Positions 30,033-44,654 of a stretch of 64,000 bases of DNA are shown piece after piece. The notes under the pieces are model-generated. The model was not told the origin of the DNA, searched no databases, and was given only the letters and a program-made list of their open reading frames with translations. The stretch covers positions 35,898,001-35,962,000 of the forward strand of contig OZ024742.1 in NCBI GenBank assembly GCA_964016885.1, in the 5' to 3' direction. The DNA comes from Eledone cirrhosa (Eukaryota). The position numbers were made by a program, and so were the translations under genes. How positions within the stretch are numbered: position 1 is the first letter of the stretch; each line of letters begins with the position of its first letter.

Positions 30033-30360
30033 ATAATAATAAATTTGAAGACTAAAATCCAAAGAGGGCTCGATAAGGATAAATATATACCAAATATATA
30101 AGAACCGTAGAACAAATATACATATATGTATGTATATAGAGTTTGTTACCCTCTATTAGGTAATTTGATAGGATAGACGTCATTCATTTAACGAATTTCT
30201 ATGATGTTTTCTTAATTCAGCACAAAGATTTTTCTTTACTCTTTATAAGGCAACATTAAATTTCCTAATATTTTAAGTAACTACTATCATGACTGTGTTG
30301 TTTTGATATATTTATATTGGTAGTGCCCTATCTAGTTTCACAGATCTCTCTCTCTATATA

Positions 30361-30446
<86 letters not shown>

Positions 30447-30775
30447 CATATTGTATATATTTTGGCATATGTAAGTGTGTTACACAAACAGACACATATA
30501 TTCATCACCAACAGAAGCTAATTATGTGATGTCTCATCTTATTATCAAATATTTATTTCTCATTCTTCGTTTTCCCGTTTCCTAACTCCATTGTAAGATG
30601 TGCAATTGTCTCGAAACCATGAACTATGTCATCACACGTCGAGAATGATGTTGGTAACGACGGCAACGTCGACAACAGCAGCAACAGTAGCAGCAGCAGC
30701 AGCAGCAACAACAACAACAACAACAACAGCAATAATAATAATAATAATAGTAATAATAATAACGATAATAATAAT

Positions 30776-31749
30776 AGAGACCTTAAAAAAGCTACAGAAG
30801 GAATGCTAATGGCTGCGCAAGAACAAGCCCTCAGAACGAAGTGGGTGAAACACCATATTGACAAGGAGGAGGCTAGCTCACTGTGTAGGATCTGTGGAGA
30901 GAGAGAGGAGACTGTGTCTCACATTGTATCCGAGTGTAGACACCTAGCCCAGACTCACTGTAAAGGCTGGAGACATGACGTGATAGGCAGGGTGATCCAC
31001 TGGCATCTATGCAAAGTAAACAATTTACCACAATCTGAGAAGTGGTATGAGCATAAGCCAGAGTCGGTGATAGAAAACGATCAGGTGAAGGTGCTACGAG
31101 ATTTTAGTATACAGATGGACAAGAAATTAGAACTCAATAGGCCTGACCTGGTGGTTTTGGACAAGGAAAAAAGATCGTGCCTGATTGTAGATGTAGCCTG
31201 CCCATTTGATTCGAGAGTGCAAGAAAAGGAGAGGGAGAAAATTAACCGATACCAGGACTTAAAGTGGAAGTTAAAAAGGATTTGGAACTGCCATGAAATC
31301 AAGGTCGTCCCGATTGTCATAGGCGCACTAGGTACTATTATTATTATTGATAAGGCGGTGGATTGGCAGTATCGGTAGAGGGTCGGGCGCCATGCTTTGC
31401 AGAAAAGAGTTACGGCCCTTTATGATCTGAGTTCAAATCCCGCCGAGATTAACTTTGCCTTTCATCCTTACGGGGTTGATAAAATAAAGTACCAGTAATA
31501 CACTGGTATAATTGCTGGCCTTGTGCCAAAAGTAGAAACAATTATTATTGATCTTTGAGTCTCAGTCATTGATGTTATTTAACTGGAAAGTTTGTTGAAA
31601 TGAATATCAAGCTGCTACCTGCAGCCTCAGATATTCAGGACGTATCGGAGGGTTCTTGCTGTTCCCAGCAAGCATGCCTTTTGAAGTGTTCCAAAAAGCG
31701 GGGCTGGACTAATCTTCTTTAACCATCCTTGGAAACTCTTTGAGATAGT
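30776..31749. mobile_element. Rearranged 3' fragment of the Dong-like LINE with an inserted SINE
   Basis: 30776-31336 (+) matches 12117-12680, and 31552-31749 is the element 3' end on minus. SINE 31352-31540 has TSD ATTATTATTGAT. Confidence 0.88.
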
Positions 31750-32274
31750 ATGATGGATAGTCCTGGCTTCTATTTCTAATTCTTCATTTTATTATATATA
31801 TCATATTTGCAACAACACAGCTCGCAATTTTTCATTCATATATGTTTTCCCCCTTCGCTGTGACCTGTCTTTTTCTCTTCCCTTACTGCTATCCTCTTTC
31901 TCTCTCCTTCTCCCTCTTACTTTCACTCACACCCTCTGCTAGTCACCCTCTCTCGGCTAGCTTCTTCCTCACACGTTCACTCACCACTCTCTACCACTCA
32001 CCCTCTCTCTCACTTCCTCCATCGTCCCACACCGTACGAAATTCTTTCCTCGCTCACATTCACACGGCCAAGATGTGTCTTTTGCCTTCTCGTCAATGTT
32101 CGCAAGTTCTTATGTTCAAAATGAATCATTGACTTGATTTTCTCATTTTTTCCTCTCTTTAAGTTGCCTCACCATTCGTGTTTGTTTTCCTCTCTTTCTC
32201 CACCCAATTCTTTTTATCCCAATAACTTAATTTAGTTATTGTATTGCTCTAGCCGGAGGTATATGGTCTGTAAT
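31750..32274 (+). mobile_element. Family A non-coding repeat, near-complete monomer
   Basis: Colinear with 59284-59822. Confidence 0.85.
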
Positions 32275-33824
32275 CTTTACGAGATTCAGCATCGCACAAT
32301 ATGTGATAAGGTTGGCCCCTTGAAATACTTTCTATCAACCCAATTTCACTTACAAGTGCTGAGACTATAGTAAATGACATTTACCAAAGATACAACGCAA
32401 TGGCGTCGACAGAATATATCTAATGAGAACTCGACATATTTGTGATAATAATTGTTTTGGGAAATATAATAATTATATGTACCATTTATACAATATATAA
32501 AATCTGACAATGTCATGAAAGGCCAATGACATTATATAAATATATTTGAGCAGTATCTAACAAAATACGATAGTAAAGGGAGCAGAAAAAGAAGAAAGAG
32601 AAGGAAAGGGAGAAGAAGAAGGGGGGGGTCAAGCAGCGAAAGAATAGAAGAGCATGGGTGGAGGGACTGCCACTACACCCCAGTCTGAGCGGACGTTGTT
32701 GCTGCTGTTGTTGTTGTTGCTGTCGCTTTCGCTGGTGGTGGTGGTGGTGGTGGTTTTTAGGGGGGGGGGGTTAGGAGACTGTCACTACACCCCAGTCTGA
32801 GCGGTGCCTCAGCCGTGCCGCGTGGACGTTGTTACTGCTGTTGTCGTTGTTGCTGTCACTGTTGTTGTTGTTGTTGTGAGGCAGGGTAGTAAGTGTCCAC
32901 AAACAAGAGACCTGGCCCCTAATGCTTGCAACAGTAAATACTACACTAAAGGATCGAAGATGAGGCCATTCCCAGGAGCCAAAGACAAGAGACGGAGTTT
33001 GAACTCAGAAAGCAAAGAGAGTGAAAATCATCTCGCCTGACGCTCTACTGATTTCACCAATCCAGGGGTGTTGTATGAGTGAAGCAGACAAAGTTAAAAT
33101 GCCGCCCCTCTACGAAATATATCCCCCAGTCATCAGTTATGTTGACATATTTTACTGGAAGCTGTATTTCTTGTCACCACATTCTTGGTAATACATACTT
33201 CCTGCTCAGATTCCAACATAGCAGTCAGTTTGTATGTATGTATGTATGTATGTATGTATGTATGTATGTATGTATGTATGTATGTATGTACGTACGTACG
33301 TATGTATGTATGTATGTATGTATGTATGTATGTATGTATGTATGTACGTATGTATGTATGTATATATGTATGCACGTATTTACGTATGTATGTATGTATG
33401 TATGTACGGACGTATGTATGGTTTTTGTATGTATGTAGGTATATGTGTGTGTGCATGTACGTACACCCCTACACATATATACATATACACATACATATAC
33501 ACATACACGCACACATATACACTCACATATATATATATATACACACTCACATACTATTTACACTATCTAAAATCTACTTTCCTTAAAATATGATTTACTT
33601 GGGTGAATAATGGTCTTCATTAGTGTCATTAATTAGTAACATCTTTCGCCCCCCCCTCTCTCTCTCTATATATATAAAAAACCAAAGATTAATATGGTTC
33701 ATTGATTACTCAATGAATACAGTTTTACAATAGATTAAAAGCACTCAACAAGGAAATATTCCTGGAGTTTTAATATTATTCAAAATATTAACAAATGAAG
33801 ATATTCACATAATCAAAATATATG

Positions 33825-33888
33825 CTTTATTATATATATTTCGAAGGTACTGTGTTGTTTTTTTCCAGTACGTCCTCGTCAGATAAAA
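33825..33888 (-). ncRNA. Type I hammerhead
   Basis: TTTTAT-CTGACGA-GGACGTACTG..CAGTACCTTC-GAAA-TATATA-TA-ATAAAG. Confidence 0.75.
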
Positions 33889-34056
33889 TATATAATTTGA
33901 TATATGACATACCTCTACGGTCTTGATATTTCAATTCCAGTATTGTGGTCTACCTTTCGTGGTAGGGTCTATACCGTAGGTAGAACTCAATGTAATCCGT
34001 TAGCAAGTAATTCACTGAACTTGCCTTCGTTATTATTATTATCATTGTTAAATTAA

Positions 34057-34280
34057 GGGCGGTGGATTGGCAGTATCGGTAGAGAGTCGGACGCCACGCT
34101 TTGCAGCATAGAGTTATGGTCCTTTATGATCTGAGTTCAAATCCCGCCGAGGTTAACTTTACCTTTCATTCTTACGGTGTCGATAAAATAAAGTACCAGT
34201 CACGCACTGGGGTCGATTTATCGACTTTCCCCTTCCCCCAAATTGCTGGCCTTGTGCCTATATAAGAAACCATTATCATT
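34057..34280 (+). mobile_element. tRNA-derived SINE (long variant)
   Basis: Consensus match plus a GGTCGATTTATCGACTTTCCCC segment. Confidence 0.9.
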
Positions 34281-34292
34281 GTTAAACAAATA

Positions 34293-34334
<42 letters not shown>

Positions 34335-34656
34335 TAGAAAAAAACGAGGAAGTTTCGTTAACACATGAAAAATATTTATTGCGTATCAACCTGTTACGCG
34401 GGTTTCGCAGAGGATTGGCTCAAGGTGACCCATAGGGGTTATGGACCCAACTCCAGTATCGATCTACTCCTCAAACTGGTGATGCGGCAAAAGATATATT
34501 TTTGTTACATCACCAGTCTGAGGAGCAGATCGATACTGGAGTCGGGTCCATAACCCCTATGGGCCACCTTGAGCCAATCCTCAGTGAAACGGGCGTAACA
34601 GGTCGATACGCAATAAATACTTTTCATGTGTTAACGAAACTTCCTCGTATTTTCTA
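34335..34656. mobile_element. Fold-back repeat carrying a hammerhead in each arm
   Basis: ~150-bp diverged arms. Plus arm 34512-34603 reads ACCAGT-CTGAGGA-GC...GT-GAAA-CGGGCG-TA-ACAGGT; minus arm HHR is 34389-34480. Confidence 0.75.
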
Positions 34657-34860
34657 TCATATACACTCTGCCTGTGCATAGAGAGCTTGATTTGGTAACA
34701 ACACCAATATTTCACCGTACTACCTACACTATATATATGTGTGTGTGTATGTGTGTATGTGTGTGTGTGAGAGTGTGTGTATGTGTGTATCTGTGTGTGT
34801 ATGTGCATGTATGTGTGAGTATGTGTGTGTATGTGTGTGTGTGTTTATGTGTGTGTGTAT

Positions 34861-34901
<41 letters not shown>

Positions 34902-34906
34902 TGTGT

Positions 34907-34988
<82 letters not shown>

Positions 34989-35089
34989 ATATTAAATGTA
35001 GTTGTCCCAACGCTATTGACCATATTAATAGTCGATTACTATAACTGTGGTGTCTGTGTTTGTGTTTGTGTTCTCTTATACTCTCGACA

Positions 35090-36130
35090 ACGTTTCTTAC
35101 AAAGAGTTGTTCATAGCCTCTCTTTCATATTGTTTCCGAAAGTTGTTCGGCACGGATCTAGCTTGAGTAGGCTCGTTGCATCTGTTCGTGCGGCGTATAA
35201 GTTCGTTCCTGGCTGCGTGGTGCTTTGGACATTGTGGATATGCGGAGTCTGGGCGGATGAAGATATTTTTTGGGGCTTCTTTCTCATAGAAGCTGATGTT
35301 GGCCTTTCCTCAAGTTAGTAATAGAGTAAAGTCGAGGAGACTTAGGGAACCATCGGTTATTGGGTGTTCGATGTCGAATTTGATGGTGTTGTATAGTTTA
35401 TTAAGTATTATATTTTTTTTTCTGCCTCATCCCTGAAATGGGTTAGCACTAGTGCGTCATCTATGTATCTCCGGTGCAACGTAATGTATCGTCCGGCGTG
35501 TAGTGCTCGTCTTTCTAGGCTATCCATTGTTAGGGTTACCGGGGTTCCGCTGTGTCGGGATCCCATCCAAAGGCCATGGGCTTGCCCGGAAGTAACGTTT
35601 TTATATCTAAAGAATGTGTTGTTAGAGAATTCTAGGAGCGAAGTGAGGCCTGTTCATAGAATGTCTGCAGCAGGTCTCTGTCCTTCCTCTAGGCGCTGTT
35701 GAAATGAGTGTATGCCCCCAGCTGGTGGTATGCTGGTATACCTGGTACGTATATAAAGGCTGAATCCGTATTTATTATTTTTTACTGTCATATTGGGGCT
35801 TTTATAAAGGAGTTATAAGCTGCCGGCTATTTTCAAGGTGTGTTGGTATGTGTGCAATCGCTAGATTTTAGTAGCCATATTAGGAGCCATTGTATTTTCC
35901 AGAGTAGGAATCTAGTGCTGGCGTACTTTTATTTGGGTTAGGTCTCTGGTGTGAGTCGTGATATGGTAGAACCGCGGTATTATGGATCGGTAGGTAAGGA
36001 AGCTTTTGTGTGTGCTTAGTTACATGCTACCAGAGATGCTTTTCCACAGGTTGTTGCACTGGTTTTCTATTCTGTGGGCGGTGGTGTTGTGTGTATGTAC
36101 TGCTTTGTGAGATGTGTGTTAGGGCAGCTT
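35090..36130 (-). pseudogene. Heavily decayed Penelope-like RT fragment
   Basis: Minus-strand remnants IPRFY, YTSIP, HGLWMGS, RYIDDA and FYEK..IRPDSAYP in PLE RT order, with many stops and frameshifts. Confidence 0.65.
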
Positions 36131-37254
36131 CTTGGTAAGTGTTTTTGTATACTACCCAGACCTCTCTTCATTTATCTGATGGTAGACAGACAAGGTTTCT
36201 GTACTTCAATGAGCGGCTTTTTTTTTTTCATTCTGAGTTCAAATCTTACCGACCTCAAATTTGCCTGTCATCCTTTTTAAGTTGAAAAGTACCATTCCAG
36301 GTATTTGTGGACTGGTGGAATTGATAGAGCAATGCAAGAAATGATTCTCAGTATTTTTGCTCTAGGTCTTCACATTTAGAGCCCAGACAGTAGTGAGGTT
36401 GTCTGTATTTAGATGACATGGAGGCAGCACAGAAGCGACTAAAGTTTTCTTCCTTACAATAGATGATAAGGTATCCTGTGGAACAGGACATGAAAAATTT
36501 AACATCTTGAAAAAAATTGATATTTTCCGACCATGTATAATGGCGACTTCCTTATTTAAAACCGCGTAAGATGAGTATCGACTGTATATGAGAAATGAGG
36601 AATGAGAACGGACCTCCCAGAAAGCAAAACAAAATTGCCCCTACCAAAATATTTAAAAAAAACAAGATAAGAAAATTATTTAATCGAAAAATGTCTTGCT
36701 GCACTTGATGACAGGCATGTTTTAAAAGATGTATTTTTGAAAAAACAGGGCTGTCAGATGTTTAAAAAATGTTAAAGGTCGCCAATATAAATTACTTTGA
36801 ACGAGACAAAGATGTGATATCAGAAGGAGCAAAGTGTGTCAAGTAGAAGGACAAGATTAGAAGTTTCTAGAAACGTCTGGAACCGATTGGTACACATGTA
36901 GATGGTTACTTTATAAAACATAGTAAATGGGTCCATAACTTTTGATGGAGTCATAGGGGCGTTGTCGTGATATGCTACTTCTCTTGTGCATTTAAACCTG
37001 ACGTGGTATATCCCTCTCCAGGTTTGATTACGGCCGATTCTTTACAGAGAGAGAAGGGGGGGGGGGGAGAAGTGACTCCAATATTTGACGGTCACATTAT
37101 CTGTCGACCCCGAAGCAATGAAGAATTGACCTGGGCCGTATTTGAATTCAAAACGCAAAGAGATGGAAGAAATAACGTGAAACACTCTGCTAATTCGCCG
37201 TCTTCACGCCACGTACAATGGGACCTTTGGTTTTATCAGAAGACGTAAACTGGA

Positions 37255-37580
37255 GTTAAAGGGGAGTGGGGAACTGCCCCTGGAGCAGATACAAACTATG
37301 CAGTGTGGAAATGCCTAAACAGACTACGATCTGGTGTTGGACGTGCAAAAGGCAATCTTGCAAAATGGAGATATTTAAAGGATGGGGATGTTGTGTGTGA
37401 CTGCAACATCGAACCACAGACTACGCAGCACCTCTTGATGTGCTCCCTGCTGAAACACCCCTGCACAGCATTGGATTTAATGAGAAAGGACAGCAATGAG
37501 AAAGGACAGCAATGCGGCGGAACCACATCTAGCCAAGATTTGTAACTTTCACTCTTGTGGACACGATAAGAAGAAGAACC
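37255..37580 (+). mobile_element. Ingi/Vingi-like LINE 3' fragment
   Basis: WKCLNRLRSGVGR..LAKW..CDC..QT..HLL.C, followed by a short UTR and (AGA)n. Confidence 0.7.
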
Positions 37581-37631
37581 AGAACACGTACCAACACAGA
37601 CTTATTAGTTAGTTACGTTACAACACGTGCA

Positions 37632-40600
37632 ATGGGACTGCTGGTTACATTACAATATATACAGTGGGACTGCTGGTTACATTACAATATATACAGTGGG
37701 ACTGCCAGTTACATTACAATATATACAGTGGGACTGCTGGTTACATTACAATATATACAGTGGGACTGCTGGTTACATTACAATATATACAGTGGGACTG
37801 CTAGTTACATTACAATATATACAGTGGGACTGCTTGTTACATTACAATATATACAGTGGGACTGCTAGTTACATTACAATATATACAGTGAGACTGCTGG
37901 TTACATTACAATATATACAGTGGGACTGCCAGTTACATTACAATATATACAGTGGGACTGCTGGTTACATTACAATATATACAGTGGGACTGCTAGTTAC
38001 ATTACAATATATACAGTGGGACTGCTAGTTACATTACAATATATACAGTGGGACTGCTTGTTACATTACAATATATACAGTGGGACTGCTAGTTACATTA
38101 CAATATATACAGTGGGACTGCCAGTTACATTACAATATATACAGTGGGACTGCTGGTTACATTACAATATATATAGTGGGACTGCTGGTTACATTACAAT
38201 ATATACAGTGGGACTGTTGGTTACATTACAATATATAAAGTGGGACTGCTGGTTACATTACAATATATACAGTGGGACTGCTGGTTATATTACAATATAT
38301 ACAGTGGGACTGCTGGTTACATTACAATATATACAGTGGGACTGCTGGTTACATTACAATATATACAGTGGGAGTGCTGGTTATATTACAATATATACAG
38401 TGGGACTGCTGGTTACATTACAATATATACAGTGGGACTGCTGGTTACATTACAATATATACAGTGGGACTGCTGGTTACACTACAATATATACAGTGGA
38501 ACTGCTGGTTACATTACAATATATACAGTGGGACTGCTGGTTACATTACAATATATACAGTGGGACTGCTGGTTACATTACAATATATACAGTGGGACTG
38601 CTGGTTATATTACAATATATACAGTGGGACTGCTAGTTACATTACAATATATACAGTGGGACTGCCAGTTACATTACAATATATACAGTGGGACTGCTGG
38701 TTACATTACAATATATACACTGGGACTGCTGGTTACATTACAATATATACAGTGGGACTGCTGGTTACATTACAATATATACAGTGGGACTGCTGGTTAC
38801 ATTACAATATATACACTGGGACTGCTGGTTACATTACAATATATACAGTGGGACTGCTGGTTACATTACAATATATACGGTGGGACTGTTGGTTACATTA
38901 CAATATATACAGTGGGACTGCTGGTTACATTACAATATATACAGTGGGACTGTTGGTTACATTACAATATATACAGTGGGACTGCTGGTTACATTACAAT
39001 ATATATAGTGGGACTGCTAGTTACATTACAATATATACAGTGGGACTGCTGGTTACATTACAATATATATAGTGGGACTGCTGGTTACATTACAATATAT
39101 ACACTGGGACTGCTGGTTACATTACAATATATACAGTGGAACTGTTGGTTACATTACAATATATACACTGGGACTGCTGGTTACATTACAATATATACAG
39201 TGGGACTGCTGGTTACATTACAATATATACAGTGGGACTGCTAGTTACATTACAATATATACACTGGGACTGCTGGTTACATTACAATATATACAGTGGG
39301 TCTGCTGGTTACATTACAATATATACAGTGGGACTGTTGGTTACATTACAATATATACAATGGGACTGCTGGTTACATTACAATATATACAGTGGGACTG
39401 TTGGTTACATTACAATATATACAGTGGGACTGCTGGTTACATTACAATATATATAGTGGGACTGCTAGTTACATTACAATATATACAGTGGGACTGCTGG
39501 TTACATTACAATATATACAGTGGGACTGTTGGTTACATTACAATATATACAGTGGGACTGCTGGTTACATTACAATATATACAGTGGGACTGTTGGTTAC
39601 ATTACAATATATACAGTGGGACTGCCAGTTACATTACAATATATACAGTGGGACTGCTGGTTACATTACAATATATACAGTGGGACTGCTGGTTACATTA
39701 CAATATATACAGTGGGACTGCTGGTTATGTTACAATATATATACTGGGACTGTTGGTTACATTACAATATATACAGTGGGACTGCTGGTTACATTACAAT
39801 ATATACAGTGGGACTGCTGGTTATGTTACAATATATACAGTGGGACTGTTGGTTACATTACAATATATACAGTGGGACTGCTGGTTATATTACAATATAT
39901 ACAGTGGAACTGCTGGTTATATTACAATATATACAGTGGGACTGCTGGTTATATTACAATACATACAGTGGGACTGCTGGTTATATTATAATATATACAG
40001 TGGGACTGCTGGTTATATTAAAATATATACAGTGGGACTGCTAGTTACATTAAAATATATACAGTGAGACTGCTGGTTACATTACAATATATACAGTGGG
40101 ACTGCTGGTTACATTACAATATATACAGTGGAACTGCTGGTTACATTACAATATATACAGTGGGACTGCTGGTTATATTACAATATATATAGTGGGACTG
40201 CTAGTTACATTATAATATATACAGTGGGACTGCTGGTTATATTACAATATATACAGTGGGACTGCTGGTTACATTACAATATATACAGTGGGACTGCTGG
40301 TTATATTACAATATATACAGTGGGACTGCTGGTTACATTACAATATATACAGTGGGACTGCTGGTTACATTACAATATATACAGTGGGACTGCTGGTTAT
40401 ATTACAATATATACAGTGGGACTGCTGGTTATATTACAATATATACAGTGGGACTGCTGGTTACATTATAATATATACAGTGGGACTGCTGGTTATATTA
40501 CAATATATACAGTGGGACTGCTGGTTACATTACAATATATACAGTGGGACTGCTGGTTATATTACAATATATACAGTGGGACTGCTGGTTACATTACAAT

Positions 40601-43600
40601 ATATACAGTGGGACTGCTGGTTACATTACAATATATACAGTGGGACTGCTAGTTACATTACAATATATACACTGGGACTGCTGGTTACATTACAATATAT
40701 ACAGTGCGTCTGCTGGTTACATTACAATATATACAGTGGGACTGTTGGTTACATTACAATATATACAATGGGACTGCTGGTTACATTACAATATATACAG
40801 TGTGACTGTTGGTTACATTACAATATATACAGTGGGACTGCTGGTTACATTACAATATATATAGTGGGACTGCTAGTTACATTACAATATATACAGTGGG
40901 ACTGCTAGTTACATTACAATATATACAGTGGGACTGCTTGTTACATTACAATATATACAGTGGGACTGCTAGTTACATTACAATATATACAGTGGGACTG
41001 CCAGTTACATTACAATATATACAGTGGGACTGCTGGTTACATTACAATATATATAGTGGGACTGCTGGTTACATTACAATATATACAGTGGGACTGTTGG
41101 TTACATTACAATATATAAAGTGGGACTGCTGGTTACATTACAATATATACAGTGGGACTGCTGGTTATATTACAATATATACAGTGGGACTGCTGGTTAC
41201 ATTACAATATATACAGTGGGACTGCTGGTTACATTACAATATATACAGTGGGAGTGCTGGTTATATTACAATATATACAGTGGGACTGCTGGTTACATTA
41301 CAATATATACAGTGGGACTGCTGGTTACATTACAATATATACAGTGGGACTGCTGGTTACACTACAATATATACAGTGGAACTGCTGGTTACATTACAAT
41401 ATATACAGTGGGACTGCTGGTTACATTACAATATATACAGTGGGACTGCTGGTTACATTACAATATATACAGTGTGACTGCTGGTTACATTACAATATAT
41501 ACAGTGGGACTGCTGGTTACATTACAATATATATACAGTGGGACTGCTGGTTACATTACAATATATACAGTGGAACTGCTGGTTACATTACAATATATAC
41601 AGTGGGACTGCTGGTTATGTTACAATATATATACTGGGACTGTTGGTTACATTACAATATATACAGTGGGACTGCTGGTTACATTACAATATATACATTG
41701 GGACTGCTGGTTATGTTACAATATATACAGTGGAACTGTTGGTTACATTACAATATATACAGTGGGACTGCTGGTTATATTACAATATATACAGTGGAAC
41801 TGCTGGTTATATTACAATATATACAGTGGGACTGCTGGTTATATTACAATACATACAGTGGGACTGCTGGTTATATTATAATATATACAGTGGGACTGCT
41901 GGTTATATTAAAATATATACAGTGGGACTGCTAGTTACATTAAAATATATACAGTGAGACTGCTGGTTACATTACAATATATACAGTGGGACTGCTGGTT
42001 ACATTACAATATATACAGTGGAACTGCTGGTTACATTACAATATATACAGTGGGACTGCTGGTTATATTACAATATATATAGTGGGACTGCTAGTTACAT
42101 TATAATATATACAGTGGGACTGCTGGTTATATTACAATATATACAGTGGGACTGCTGGTTACGTTACAATATATACAGTGGGACTGCTGGTTACATTACA
42201 ATATATACAGTGGGACTGCTGGTTACATTACAATATATACAGTGGGACTGCTGGTTATATTACAATATATACAGTGGGACTGCTGGTTATATTACAATAT
42301 ATACAGTGGGACTGCTGGTTACATTATAATATATACAGTGGGACTGCTGGTTATATTACAATATATACAGTGGGACTGCTGGTTATATTACAATATATAC
42401 AGTGGGACTGCTGGTTATATTACAATATATACAGTGAGACTGCTGGTTACATTACAATATATACAGTGGGACTGCTGGTTATATTACAATATATACAGTG
42501 GGACTGCTAGTTACATTACAATATTTACAGTGGGACTGCTGGTTATAATACAATATATACAGTGGGACTGCTGGTTATATTACAATATATACAGTGGGAC
42601 TGCTGGTTACATTACAACAAGTACAGTGAGACTGCTGGTTATATTACAATATATACAGTGGGACTGCTGGTTACATTACAACAAGTACAGTGAGACTGCT
42701 TGTTATATTACAATATATACAGTGGGACTGCTGGTTACATTACTATATATACAGTGGGACTGCTGGTTATATTACAATATATATATAGTGGGACTGCTAG
42801 TTACATTACAATCTATACAGTGGGACTGCTGGTTATATTACAAAATATACAGTGGGACTGCTGGTTACATTACAATATATACAGTGGGACTGCTGGTTAT
42901 ATTACAATATATACAGTGGGACTGCTGGTTACATTACAATATATACAGTGGGACTGCTGGTTATATTACAATATATACAGTGGGACTGCTGGTTATATTA
43001 CAACATATACAGTGGGACTGCTGGTTACATTACAATATATAGAGTGGGACTGCTGGTTACATTACAATATATACAGTGGGACTGCTGGTTACATTACAAT
43101 ATATACAGTGGGACTGCTGGTTATATTACAATATATACAGTGGGACTGCTGGTTATATTACAATATATACAGTGGGACTGCTGGTTACATTACAATATAT
43201 ACAGTGGGACTGCTGGTTATATTACAATATATACAGTGGGACTGCTGGTTACATTACAATATATACAGTGGGACTGCTGGTTACATTACAATATATACAG
43301 TGGGACTGCTGGTTATATTACAATATATACAGTGGGACTGCTGGTTATATTACAATATATACAGTGGGACTGCTGGTTATATTACAATATATACAGTGGG
43401 ACTGCTGGTTATATTACAATATATACTGTGGGACTGCTAGTTACATTGCAATATTTACAGTGGGACTGCTGGTTATAATACAATATATACAGTGGGACTG
43501 CTGGTTATATTACAATATATACAGTGGGACTGCTGGTTATATTACAATACATACAGTGGGACTGCTGGTTATATTACAATATATACAGTGGGACTGCTGG

Positions 43601-44490
43601 TTATATTAAAATATATACAGTGGGACTGCTAGTTACATTAAAATATATACAGTGAGACTGCTGGTTACATTACAATATATACAGTGGGACTGCTGGTTAC
43701 ATTACAACAAGTACAGTGAGACTGCTGGTTACATTACAATATATACAGTGGGACTGCTGGTTACATTACAATATATACAGTGGGACTGCTGGTTACATTA
43801 CAATATATATACAGTGGGACTGCTGGTTACATTACAATATATACAGTGGAACTGCTGGTTACATTACAATATATACAGTGGGACTGCTGGTTATATTACA
43901 ATATATACAGTGGGACTGCTGGTTACATTACAATATATACAGTGGGACTGCTGGTTATATTATAATATATACAGTGGGACTGCTGGTTACATTACAATAT
44001 ATACAGTGGGACTGCTGGTTACATTACAATATATACAGTGGGACTGCTGGTTATATTACAATATATACAGTGGGACTGCTGGTTATATTACAATATATAC
44101 AGTGGGACTGCTGGTTATATTACAATATATACAGTGGGACTGCTGGTTATATTACAATATATACAGTGGGACTGCTAGTTACATTACAATATTTACAGTG
44201 GGACTGCTGGTTATAATACAATATATACAGTGGGACTGCTGGTTATATTACAATATATACAGTGGGACTGCTGGTTACATTACAACAAGTACAGTGAGAC
44301 TGCTGGTTATATTACAATATATACAGTGGGACTGCTGGTTACATTACAACAAGTACAGTGAGACTGCTGGTTATATTACAATATATACAGTGGGACTGCT
44401 TGTTACATTACTATATATACAGTGAGACTATTGGTTACATTACCACACGTACAGTGAGACTGTTTGTTACATTACAACACGTACAGTGAG
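37632..44490. repeat. 32-bp satellite array, ~214 copies
   Basis: Unit GTGGGACTGCTGGTTACATTACAATATATACA; degenerates to ~44650. Confidence 0.98.
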
Positions 44491-44654
44491 ACTGTTGGTT
44501 ACATTATACCACAAATAATCCGAGTATTGGTTACCTTAGAACACATAGAAGAGGTTTTTAGATACATTAGAAAACATAAATTGAATAGTTGGTTACATTA
44601 CAACACATACAATGGAACTTTTGGTTACATTACAACATATACTGTGAGGTTCTT

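Noticed and set aside
37557-44425. Long ORFs of repeated GLLVTLQYIQWDCWLHYNIYSGTAGYITIYTV, and a superficially CRISPR-like 32-bp period
   Set aside because: The unit simply lacks plus-strand stops, variant units introduce TAG freely, and all three frames give the same peptide. There are no unique spacers or cas genes.
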